A DNA stretch of 63,657 nt, the filler included, from Rozella allomycis CSF55 (lineage: Eukaryota): assembly GCA_000442015.1 (NCBI GenBank). It is 5 parts of 5 records of this genome, joined end to end, with 100 filler letters (N's around TTAATTAATTAA, not from the genome) between each part and the next. Parts side by side here need not be neighbours in the genome. Positions count along the whole stretch, not along the records: positions 1 to 18,657 come from KE561316.1; 4 more parts are not named here. One strand, 5' to 3'. The position numbers and the translations under genes were made by a program. How positions within the stretch are numbered: position 1 is the stretch's first letter; every line of letters begins with the position of its first letter. Below are positions 1 to 11,940 of the stretch, piece after piece. The notes beneath the pieces were generated by a model. That model made no database searches and had not been told where the DNA came from. It saw only the letters and a program-made list of their open reading frames with translations.

Positions 1-3000
1 AGAAAGTCTATTTTAGAGGAAGATTTGAAAGCCACTTCATTGATAAAGAAGAATTCTAATAAAATATTGCCACCAACGCCTGCACCAAGAAGATTTTCAA
101 TTGCATCTTTAGGCGTGAGACCAAAGCAAGATGAATTGATTATTGAGAGTGTTAAAGAGCCAAATTTAAGCAAAGATCAAGATGAAATGGAAAACAACGA
201 TTCAAACGCTCTATTAAACGCAATAAGTGTGGCAAAACAAGGAAACAATGCAAAGGCAATTGAAATGTTGAATAAAATAATTTTAATGAATCCAATCAAT
301 GTTGAAGCTCTTTGGTATCGCCATTTAATCTATTTAGAAGAAAATGATTTAGAAAATGCATTAAAAGATTTAGAAAGTATTTTAAATGAAAATAAATCTT
401 ATATCCCTGCGTATCAGTCAAAAGCTAAAATAAATGAAGAAATGGGACACATCAAGCAAGCCATTTCATGTTTTACAAACATTATCAAGATAAAACCAGA
501 TTCAGAAGCTCATTATCAAAGAGGCTTATTATTTGAAAAAGATAATGTAAAAATAATTGAATTTATTTAAAGGATACATTTTTAGCTGCAGAAGATTTCA
601 AAATTGCGTGTGCGTTGGACTTTAACAACATCAATGCAGCCTTCAAATATGGATTAAATTCATTCGAAAGAGAAATGTGGGATGAATCTATTTTATATTT
701 CAATAAAGTTTTGGATGTTAATCCATCGAATGCAAAAGTTTTGTCTTTTAGAGCAAAGGCATTTTCGTCCAGAAGAAATTACGAAAATTCATTCAAGGTA
801 AATACACTTTCGTCTATTGAAAATAGGATATATGTAGTGCTATTCAATTAGATCCAATGAATAAAGATTATTATTACTTTAGAGCTTGTCTAATCAGAAA
901 GATTAACCCAATTCAATCGATTCAAGATTTAAGCATTTCTTTACTATTAGATTCATCAAATACAAATATATCAGCGTACTTTAAACGAGCTCTCGTTTAT
1001 TCTGAATTAAATCAACATGAACTTGCTATTAAAGACTTTCTAAAAGTTTTGTCATTTGAAGAGGGCGATTTCAATTCTCATATTAACATTGCTTTAATTA
1101 ACTTGAAATATCTTTTTGATTATGAAAATGCTTTAAGTTTTATTAATGATGCTTCACTGATTGACATTTTAAATCATAAACCATTAATATACAGAGCTAT
1201 ACTCTTTCATGGAATATATTCAAATAAATTTGCTCTGAATAAACTAAATTTGAAACTTAATTTGGATCAATGTATAAATCTAGCTATTAGAGACTATTCT
1301 CTTGCCTTGAAATTGAACCCAAATTTACATGCAGTTTACATTTGCAGGGGTCATTTACTTTACAAATTAAAGTAAATTATTATTCTCAAAGTTAAAAGAC
1401 GATATAAAGATGCCACGAATGATGTATCTGCGGCATTGAAAATTAAACCAGATCTCGTCAGCAATCAACTTGAAGTATTCTTTTTAATTTATGCATGAAA
1501 GAGTTTAACTGTGAAATTATTCAAAAAAGAGTATCAACAAGCTTTAGAAGACTTTAAATCTCAGATGAGAATTCAATTGAAGCCAACAGCTACAGACTTT
1601 TTATCGGCTGTTAAAATACACTTCAAAATGAAATCATATCATGGTAAGACATTATAAAAATAATCAAAAGGTAAATTCATCAACAAATAATTCAAAGACG
1701 CAATAAAATATTCAAATGATGCTCTAGAATTAGTTCCACTAAATATTGTTGCTTTAAACTATCGAGGTCTATCATTATTCAATCTCAGATTGTTCAAAGA
1801 AGCCTTAAATGATTTCTCTTTCATTATAGAGTTAGATAAATCAAATAAATATGCTTATTATCAAAGAGCTAGATGCAAATTTAGATTAGATAATGACAAG
1901 GGTTTACTTGACATTCAAAAAGCTCTAAAATTGGATCCTGATTTTGTTGATTGCTATTTAGAAAGAGCGTCATATCTTCAAAGTAATAGGAATTTAATGC
2001 AACTAAATAGATAGTAAATATATAGTTTTTCAAATTGAAAGAAAATGAAGAATTAAATCAAGCAATAACTGATTGTTCTGATGCTCTTGTAATAAATCCA
2101 AAATGCCTGAGAGCTTATTTATTAAGAGCCCAAATAAGGTATAAACTTGATCAAAAACTGCAAGCTATTTCTGATTACACAAAGGCAATATCAATCGATC
2201 ACGTAATGAATAAATTAATAAGTTATTTCACAGAACTCTGTAATTGCTTACTACAATAGAGGCGTCGTATATCAATCAATGCACAATTATTCGCTTGGGA
2301 TAAAAGATTACAGCATTTGTCTCTTGATTTTACCTGCTAAGCATTCTCTAGTCGCTGTAATTTTATTGTTATTATGCAATCAATAGAGTGTCTACAGAAA
2401 CAGGGCACTGCTATATTGGCGTCAAGGGTACCATGAATTTGCATTGTCAGATCTTTACTATGCAAGAGAAAGGTTTCCGAAAGAAGCTAAGCTGCACGCT
2501 CTATTGGGAATGTGTCTAGAAAAATTAAAAAGATACAAAGAAGCCCTCAATTCTTATTCAACTGCCATCAAATACAACCCTTTTCTCGTTGAAATTTATC
2601 TATGCATGGGTAATGTGCAAACCGCCATGGATAATATTCAAGCTGCAAAGTACCTATTTTCAATAAATTTTATACCAAAGGAGTTTGTATCAAAATGCTA
2701 TTAGAATAAAGGTCGACTATTATCCCGCTTATTTGAATCTGGCTTATACGTTACAAATGCAAGGAAAGTTTAAAAGGGTATCATTAAATAAATCGTTATA
2801 CTAGGCGTGGTCGGTTTTTACTTCGGCTATAAAAATCAATCCATTTTGTGCAGAGGCTTATGAAGGTAAACCAGTAAATTCTTCACCACAAAGGCAGATC
2901 CATTGTTTATTTATTCATGAAAAATTCTTTTGCGGCCCTAAATGATATTACAAAAGCTTTGGTAAATACACATTCATACCTTAACAGCAATTGGAGCCGA

Positions 3001-3639
3001 AGAGTGCAGAAATTCTCACAAACAGAGGCGTTATACTACAGATTACAGGAAGCAATTCTGAGGCCATGAAAGATTTCAAAGTAAAGTTTTGACTTAAATT
3101 TACTCTGATGTCTGTCGAGATTAATCCAAAATATCATCTAGCTTACTTTAACATGGCAAATCTGTATTTTTCACAGCTTCAATATGAAGTAGCTTTAGAA
3201 AATTACAACAAGGTATCTAATTATTAACAAGATTATTTCAAGTGCCTAGAAATTGTGCCAAAGGATGAAGAATCTCTTTTAAATAGAGCAATTACATTTG
3301 CTGCGCTGAAAAGTAATTTAAAGAGTGTAATTTCCTAGATTATCAGGATTCACTATCCGATTTTAATGCTGTTTTAGCGCTGAATCCGAACAATCCTCAT
3401 GTCTTTTTCAATAGGGCTCAAGTTTACCAAAAACTTGGTATTATTCATAAAAAGTTCCATATAGGAATGTTCTACTTTGCTGAATTGGATTATAAAAGGG
3501 TATTGGAATACATGCCTCAAGATCAAATGACAATGATGAGATTGGGCGATACGTAAACTGTTATAAATTCAATTATAGAATCGGTAAACAATCGAGGATT
3601 ACAGAAGCTATGGAGTGGTATGCTTCAATGGATGAATAA
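1..3639 (+). CDS. Multi-TPR protein (TTC6-like), 5'-partial, about 20 introns
   Basis: Successive TPR motifs (e.g. AYYQRARCKF, AYLLRAQIRY, ILTNRGVIL) join in frame after removing 26-31 nt introns (547-572, 798-826 etc.); stop TAA at 3637-3639. Confidence 0.85.
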
Positions 3640-3720
3640 AACATTTTTTCTTCTCCTTAATTTTATGTCAAACGCATAATAAAAAGATTTGGTTTTGATA
3701 TTAACAACCCTGGTCGATCA

Positions 3721-4455
3721 ATGTTTAAACGATTACAATTCGCGAAAAAACTCGCTAGGACTAAATACACACTCCCTGACCTCTCATATGACTACAATGC
3801 GCTCGAGCCTTACATTTCAGCTGAAATTATGCAACTTCATCATCAAAAACATCATCAAACATACGTGACCAATTTAAACAATGCAATGGACAAGCTATCT
3901 ACAGCGTTCACAAAGGAAAATTTGGAATCCCAAATATCTTTACAACAAGCAATAAAATTCAATGGCGGAGGACACATCAACCACACAATCTTTTGGACAA
4001 ACCTCGCAGGGAAAAGAAATGGCGGTGGTGAATTGGCAAATAGTATATTGATTTTCCTTATTTTAATAGATGATCTAAAGGCAGCTATCGAAAAACAGTT
4101 TGGATCGGTAGATCAGTTTAAAACTGCATTTAACAACCATGCTGTTTCTGTGCAAGGATCTGGTTGGGCCTGGCTGGTATCACATAATTATCAATGCAAA
4201 GTAGGGATTCAAAACTGATTCGAAAACATTGCAGATTGCTACTACTGCTAATCAAGACCCATTGCAAAGTACTACTGGTTTGGTTCCATTGTTGGGCTGT
4301 GATGTTTGGGAACATGCGTAAACAGTTTTCTTTTGTTTAAAAGATATTACTTGCAATACAAAAATGTCAGGCCAGAGTATTTGAAATCCTTTTGGGAAGT
4401 TGTCAACTGGAAGAACGTAACTCAAAGATATCACGACGCTGTACAAAAGGTCTAG
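3721..4455 (+). CDS. SOD2: Mitochondrial Mn-superoxide dismutase
   Basis: [39 protein letters not shown] after three introns (first is 4043-4069); short N-terminal presequence; TAG at 4453-4455. Confidence 0.95.
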
Positions 4456-4477
4456 TGAAAAATGTTGGCAATAAATT

Positions 4478-5503
4478 TTATTTGGTTTTGCTTTGTGGAA
4501 TTGTTTTGTCATCTTCATTAACGGTCACTTGTTTTATTCCCAAAGCACGTCTTTCAGTTTTCACTAGCTTTTCCAACTCTTCCTGAGGCAGGGCTTTACG
4601 TAAATCTTCTTCCCTCAAAACCAATCTATCAGCAAGGTGATGATTAACGTCTCTGTGGGCTGCCTCATCCGCGCGAACCGCCAAAACAACGTCTTTCCTT
4701 TATTAGCAAATATATTACCTCTAAGAGTAGCATTTTTATCCAAATTCCAGTAGTCAATGGCCATCTTTGGAGCTTTGACATTTTCTATCTTTCCTCTGTC
4801 GATTTCTTCCAAAAATTTGGTATATGACACAATTGCCTCTTCCTCTAAATAACCAACCACACGGTGAGCAGTTTTTGGGAAAAATACATACAAAATCAAA
4901 TAAAGATTGAAGAAAACTCCTTGCGTAATCAGAACCAAAAATCTTTCAAATCTGGAAGGTTGCGTAATTTTCATCCATGTCATTAAATGCATTCTTTCAT
5001 TTTCAGCTTCGTGAAGCAAATGATGGATCCAGCCACCGTCATGTTTCATTTTTCTAAGAGATGTCAGATGGCGAACCATACCGGCAACCATTCCTAAGTT
5101 AAGTAAATTCGAATGAAATACCGGGAACAGCTGCAACAGTTTCTAACACAATAGCTCTGTGAATATAATGTTTTTGGAAAAATAGATCTGCAAAAAATCT
5201 CATGAAGCGCACCGTTTTGAATGCAATGTAGTCGGAGGGAATATCTAGGTATAATATTTTGGATTATTTACGGGGAACTCGATGGATATCTAATGAAATA
5301 TCCAAATTTTCTAAATCTTTTGTTGTCAAAGACTGCTTGTTTAGAAACTCTTTTCTAACTGGAGATGGAAAGCGGGGTTCAATGTTCGTGAACTTAAAAC
5401 GTTTAGATGAGACATAAGCAAAATTAAAATTCGATCTGTTCACACAGAAATGCTGCACTTGATGCGGAATCTTAACAAAATTGAATTTGGAAATTGTAAA
5501 CAT
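4478..5503 (-). CDS. AOX: Alternative oxidase
   Basis: [46 protein letters not shown] di-iron motifs; three GT-AG introns; presequence-like N-terminus. Confidence 0.95.
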
Positions 5504-5673
5504 GTGGCTTAGCAGATCGAGCGATTCAGGCTAATAATAATTTTATCGGACGGGGAGTTTACGACCCGGACTTCAGAAACGATTATTGGCAAGTTGAGTT
5601 AATGCCATTTTCACTTCGAATATACACTCACTTTAAGGGATTTACACCGTGAACCAGGGTGGTTGTCGAGTGN

Positions 5674-6267
5674 CCTGGTTTTCGATTGCCCTCACTACTT
5701 TCATTCCCTCAATAACTTTTCCAAACACGACGTGTCTTCCATCTAGCCACTTGGTTTTGACTGTGCAAATAAAGAATTGAGATCCATTAGTATTTGGCCC
5801 TTTGATTTTAAAGTGTATTTCATACCTGCATTTGCCATTGAAACGGTACCAGGACCTTCATGTTTCAAGACGAAATTCTCATCCTCGAATTTTTGACCGT
5901 AAATGGACTTTCCTCCAGATCCATTTCTATTTAAAGTTTGCTTACTACATTACCTATTGGTAAAATCACCTCCTTGAATCATAAAGCTATTTCAAATCAA
6001 AATACTTCATTACTCTTTTATCACTCTATGGAATGGAGAGCCTTTGTATCCAAACCCCTTCTCACCAGTAGCTAATGACAAAAAGTTCTGGGTTGTTTTT
6101 GGAACAGCGTTGTCATATAACCCTATAATAATACGACCAGCTGGGTTTCCGTCAATGTCAATATCGAAAAATACTTTTCTCCCAATTTTATTAAGGTCCT
6201 TGTCTGTTGACTTGCATGCAGAGTAAGCAGCAAATGCTAGTATTGCACACGTCAATATTCTTTTCAT
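5674..6267 (-). CDS. Secretory cyclophilin (cyclophilin B-like), C-terminus cut by the N join at 5673
   Basis: Signal peptide [51 protein letters not shown]; three introns. Confidence 0.9.
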
Positions 6268-6299
6268 GTTTCTGATTTTTCGGAAATTGACAAACATAG

Positions 6300-9200
6300 A
6301 TGAATGCAACTTTTGTAGATTTAAAAAATTCAAACAATTTATATATATCACTACAAAAAATAAACGACAACGAGTTAATATATCTATCAGAGAATTATGA
6401 CAAGCATTATTCACTGTTGCATCTAGCGGTACTTCAAAACAGTACAGAATCTGTCGAATTTTTATTATCAAAATACTCCAAAGTGGACGAATTAAATTCA
6501 GAAAACGAGACACCATTGTTGATCGCAAGTTAAAAAGGCTTCTCAAAAATAGTCGAAATTTTGGTTGATAGAGGAAGCAACATATTGCATCAAGATAAAG
6601 ATGGATGGACAGCCTTTCATAATGCCGCTGCCAAGGGTCACTTGAAAATCTTACAATTGCTGCTAGCGAAAAATTTTCCAATTGACAAAAGATCTTTTAC
6701 CGGAAAGACGGCTCTGAGTAAAAGGATTATAAAAATAAGACAGTGCTTGCAGCGAGCAAAGGAAATATCGAAGTCATCAAGTTTTTACTGGAGAATTTTG
6801 CTAATCCATGTTTACAAGACACCTATGGCGAATTTCCATATGAAATGTGCGCTGGATTACCATGTTTGATGGCCTGCGAAATGATATTGGAGGCTGAATG
6901 TAGATGGTGCTTATGTGCTGCTGTTTTAAACAATCCAAGTAATCAAACACTTTGTTAAATGAGCGGAAAATGACGAGCTAATAAATAAATTGCAAGAAAT
7001 TGAAAATGAAGGCGTTTCACTGATTAGCTGTCAGCCAAAGAAGGTCGAATTACAACTTCCTGTCCATCAGATTGATTTAAGCCTTTTATCTGTAAAAATG
7101 ATAAAAGGAAAGCGTACATTTTGTTACAGTGAAGACGGCCGATCACAAAATTTTCAAGAAATGCCAAAAGAAATAGACCCTCCGATAGGTTGGTTTTGGA
7201 TTGATGATTGGATTGTGGAAGATCCCAATATTTCGCTTTCTTCGTTACAGCCAAAGGAAGAAACGATCGATTTAAATACAAAAAAGATTGAAGAAATTTT
7301 AAAACTTCGAATGCCGAAATTCAAGGCAATTACAAATAGAAGAAAAAGTATCGATAGAATTTTTGTTCGTCCAAGGCGAAGAATAATAAATTTTAAAGAC
7401 TTCAAAACCCCATTGCCGATATTTTGGAATTCCATTTGCAGGGGGGATTTTGAATCATATTTCAAGGGTGTCAATCATGAAAAGTCCAAATCTCCGAGAG
7501 TTGAGAAATATCTTTTTGAATCTATAAAGTGGATTATAGACTTTGAAAAAGATTACTTATTAAATCAAAAATACCTTTCTCGGGATGATATTTCCAGCAT
7601 ATCCTTATCTCCCGAGGAACTGTTACTAATCGCCCAAAAAGGTATTAAATTTATATCAATCAAGATAAGAACCTTATAACCAGAAGCTTTTTAGATATGA
7701 AAAAGCTTTATCACAGCTCTCTTCGTGTATCGGTGTACTTCCAATTGATGAACTATTCGATTATATACAAGCGCAGATCGATGAGATAAAATGTTCAAAT
7801 AATAATCCGAAATCTCTTAATGGGATTATGAATGAAGAGGAAGAAATAAGCCGTGACTTTGAATCGGATTTGGGAACTGACACTCCAACGCAAGATATGT
7901 TTCAAAAGAAACCATTGGCAAAACCAATGCTCGAATCTCTGAAAGAAATAAATCAAGAAGAATCAGAGGAATATATGTCTCTATCAGAAACAGAATCTAA
8001 AAACCCGTCACAATCAAACTTTGAATCAACAATTAATCTCGTTGAAGAGACAATGGATAAAGCACCAAAATTGCTAGAAGTTTTAATTAAAGAAATTTGC
8101 GATAGACGCTCACAGGTCTGGGAAGTCGATGACAAAGTTAATCAATGTAAAAGTTGTCGCAAGCAATTCCACATTTTGGCGAGAAGAAGACATCACTGCC
8201 GTTGGTGCGGTCAAATATTTTGTGATAAATGTTCTGGAAATAAAGTTTACGGACTTTCCAAGACATCGTTGTCCAGGGTCTGTAACGAATGTCTCCTTTT
8301 GTGGAAAGAAGCACATTTAGTAGACTTTGGAGAAAATCTAAAACTAAACCTAGATGCATTAATGACCTACAGTTGTGTTAATGCAGAATTTCCTGATCGA
8401 TCGGACGACTTGCTTGAACTTTGCCCAGTTTGCTCATTCAATTTTGAAAACATGAAGGAGATTGAAGTTCAAGAGCATTTAAGTCAATGTTTTTCTCAAT
8501 CATCCAAATGTACAATNTTCATAAGCCCATAATTCAGCTTCGTAAGACTTTTTGTCAGTCGTTTTCAGTACGTATAAATCATTATCCTTTTTAACCAAAC
8601 TAACAACTCCGTAAGCGCCTCCTCCCAATTTACGTTCAATGCGATAATTAACGTTTTCACATTTGAATATATCCTTTTCGTCAATGGTTTCANCTCATAA
8701 GCCCATAATTCAGTTTCGTAAGACTTTTTGTCAGTCGTTTTCAGTACGAAGAGATCATTATTCTTTTTAACCAAGCTGACAACTCCGTAAGCGCCTCCTC
8801 CCAATTTTCGTTCAATGTGATAATTAACGTTTTCACATTTGAATATATCCTTTTCGTCAATGGTTTCATCACTGTTATGAGCGAGAGCCACTATCAAAGG
8901 AAGACATAACACCAAAAGGACCAAAAATCCATTATACTCATCAGTAATTAATAATAAGTCTGGGAATTCATTCCTTCAATGATATTAAATAATGGCAAAA
9001 TGTTCACTCACGTGAACAAAATCTAAAAATAGACCTTTGTTCTATTTTTAAATACTTTCAATTTTTGAATTAATTTTCTCCATGATTTTCGTTTATATTA
9101 AATTAGAATCTTGTGTTGCCCCACAATTTTTAGATAATTTACCTTACAATGCNAATGTACAATCGGGGATCGCTATTTAGTGAAAATTTTGGACGAAGAT

Positions 9201-9368
9201 TTAATGGATAGAGAATGCGGAATATGTTTCGAGGAATTCCTTAAAGGCCAATCAATCGCAACTCTGACATGTTTTTGTCAGTATCATGAAGATTGCATAT
9301 CGCAATGGTTTGACCGGGGTAAATTGTGCCCAGTGCATGAATATTCCTATTTGCAGCCATTTGAATAA
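6300..9368 (+). CDS. Ankyrin + DysF-like + FYVE + RING-H2 protein (Pib1-like C-terminus); has an in-frame TAA and is split by misplaced contigs 8518-9152
   Basis: Ankyrin repeats; [11 protein letters not shown]...FVRPRRR; FYVE WEVD...[27 protein letters not shown]...[13 protein letters not shown]...CPVH. The AATGTACAAT overlap at 8507-8516 and 9154-9163 rejoins the halves. Confidence 0.8.
8518..8692 (-). pseudogene. Fragment of a diverged third variant of the secreted kinase (N-lobe only)
   Basis: Aligns to about 14850-15025 with several substitutions ([22 protein letters not shown]); bounded by single Ns. Confidence 0.7.
8694..8941 (-). pseudogene. 5' fragment of a second kinase variant with a frameshifting 19-bp deletion in the signal-peptide region
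   Basis: Near-identical to about 14850-15116 but lacks TCCAAAATAATGTAATTTC. Confidence 0.7.
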
Positions 9369-9717
9369 TTGAATCATCAATAAACTTCTCTGTTATCTCT
9401 GTTAANCTTTAATTTTTTAAATTAATTGGGGCAGATTATCTTGTGTTGCCCCACAATTTTTAGATAATTTACCTTACAATGCTGATTGACATCCCAATTT
9501 TTGTTTCGAGTTTTACAGCAAAAGAATAATAGTTTTTTAATTTTTCAAATTAATTGGGGCAGATTAGCTTTCTAGGCTCTCTAAAAAAGTAAATGTGCCT
9601 TTTGAATAAAAGTCCCAAAAAGAACCTTATAACCAGAAGCTTTTTAGATATGAAAAAGCTTTATCACAGNTCTCTGTTAAAAAAAAGTTTGGGTCTGATT
9701 TCCAATTTTCAGAAATT

Positions 9718-11829
9718 ATGACCATGCAAAACTTACTTAAAGGCAATAGATCCGCTGTTATTTTTGGGATATTTCTATTAATTGCAGTAATTATCATAAG
9801 ATTATAATAAAAGGGTATAATATCGCTTGCTACAATACTAATTACAAGTCAATTCAGAAGATTAGATGGGTGTCCAAAAACAATCCCCATAAATAACAAT
9901 ATGAATTATATAAATCCTGAAAGGATACCAAAATCTGCTTCAGCGCAGCTCTTTTATGATCGCTTACATAGAACGGAATTCATGATACATCATTTGAACT
10001 TTTCTTACCACGAAAAAACATTTGATTTGCTAAATGAATTTTCCTCCTCACTTAAAAACTTTCATGTGAGACTATCTAATAAGTTTTCTCAGTCATATGG
10101 AGATATTGGAAATTACATTCTGCAAAATTATACGAAACAAGACTTTATACCCAACCTAAACAATCAAGCTCGAGAAATCGCCAAAGTCTTTATTGATGAA
10201 TGTCAACATACCGTCCTGACAGTAAACGAATTTCTGCAAGATGAAACCCTTTCAAACAATGAATCATCAAAAAATAAAACGAATTCTATGGTAGATAATG
10301 TCATTAAGAATGTAGCAGTGGCGGCAAATGATCTGGAAAAGTCTTTAAATGATCAGTCATTTAAGAAGAAACAGAATGAAAAAGGAACGACGTTGGAAAC
10401 AGTTATTAAAATCAAAGAAGAGGAAGAAATAAAGAAACAAGGAAGTCAAGGAAATCTAGCATCTACTATTCTAATTGACAATGCCAATAACCAATATGTT
10501 TTAGCAAAGCCAAGCGATATTACAATTCTCTACGCTGATCCGAGATTTTTACAAGAGTTAGTGGCTGTGAGTATTACTTCATTCGTATTATCATGGTTGA
10601 TTGAAAGAATCCACTTGCCCGGATTTCTTGGTTACATTTGTGCAGGTATCCTACTCGGACCGGCTGGACTTAACTACATCAAGGTATACACTCGACAAAA
10701 GTATTTATTGTAGAATCTTATTCAATTTGGAACTATTTCTCAGCTGGGCGTTTTGTTTATGATCTTTTTTCTCGGTTTAGAATTTGAGTTGGACCGATTG
10801 AAGCAAATATGGCATGTCTCAGTGTTAGGAGGGATCGCATTTATGTTATGTATTATTTTTTCTACTTTATTGTTTGTTTTTCAGATAAATAACAATTTTA
10901 TGGAGGGACTTGTAACCGGGTTTTGTGTCGCTTTGAGTTCTACAGCAGTAGCATTGAAATGCATGGGACCTTCTTCCGAAAATGATTCAGAGAGTTTCGT
11001 TAGTGGAATGGTAGGAATTCTAATTGTTCAAGATGTATTTCTTTGTCTTTTCCTCGCTGTATTCCCTTCTTTGACCGAATCGTCAATGTCTTCTTTGACT
11101 ATAAGTATTTCAGTCAAACTTCTCCTTTTAGTACTATTTTGTGCTGCCTCGATTTATTCCATTAAATTTCTACCAACAGTTCTAAATCTACTAAAGAAAA
11201 TCCAATCAAAGAGAAATTCTAGGTCCTTGAATGTTGTTCTAATTGCTCCAAAGCATCCATCAGAAATAGAAAATTCTTTAATTGGGAGTATCTCATTTTG
11301 TTTCATATTGGCATTTATATCTGAACATATTGGATTGTCAATGGAATTCGGTTCATTCATGGCTGGATTTGCTTTGAACTCTCAATCAAAGAATATTCCT
11401 TCTTCTATTCATAGAATTATAATTCCTGCTATCGAAGCAATATCAACTTTCTATTCTGTCCCGTTTTTCGCCTCGATTGGCCTCCACGTGTATCCACCTT
11501 TTCTTTTTCATCAATGGGATGTATTATTTACCTTGACAATTATAATTTTACTATTAAAATTCAGTGTTCTTTTTATTATTCTGAGAATAGGCTTTAAACA
11601 ATATTCTGTTTCTGATGCCTTTTTCATGTCTCTAGGTTTGTCTCAAATTAGTGAGTTCGCTTTCGTTCTAGCTTCAAGAGGCAAAACTTTGGGCCTAATA
11701 TCACGTGAAGTTTACTATTTACTTGTTGGAATCACGTCATTAACTCTTATAATCGTTTCTATCATCTGGAATTTAGTCCGGTTTTTTAACCCAAGAAGGG
11801 ATGTTCAATATCGAAGCGTTATAGATTAA
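9718..11829 (+). CDS. TMCO3: TMCO3-like CPA2 cation/H+ antiporter, copy 1
   Basis: LIDNANNQYVLAKPSD, GYICAGILLGPAGLN, LSSTAV, LSQISEFAFVLASRG; two introns; ATG at 9718. Confidence 0.85.
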
Positions 11830-11940
11830 AACATTAGCCTCTAAATCTAAAATAAAACATTAAAGTGCTTTGGAACATTTCTTTTTACAAATTTCTGATT
11901 CGATCTTTTACCGATTTTTTACCCCAAGCGCTTTAATCAT

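Noticed and set aside
6531-6533. TAA/TAG reassignment to Gln as in some aphelids
   Set aside because: Most genes end in TAA and long conserved ORFs (tubulin, MAS2) contain no internal stops.
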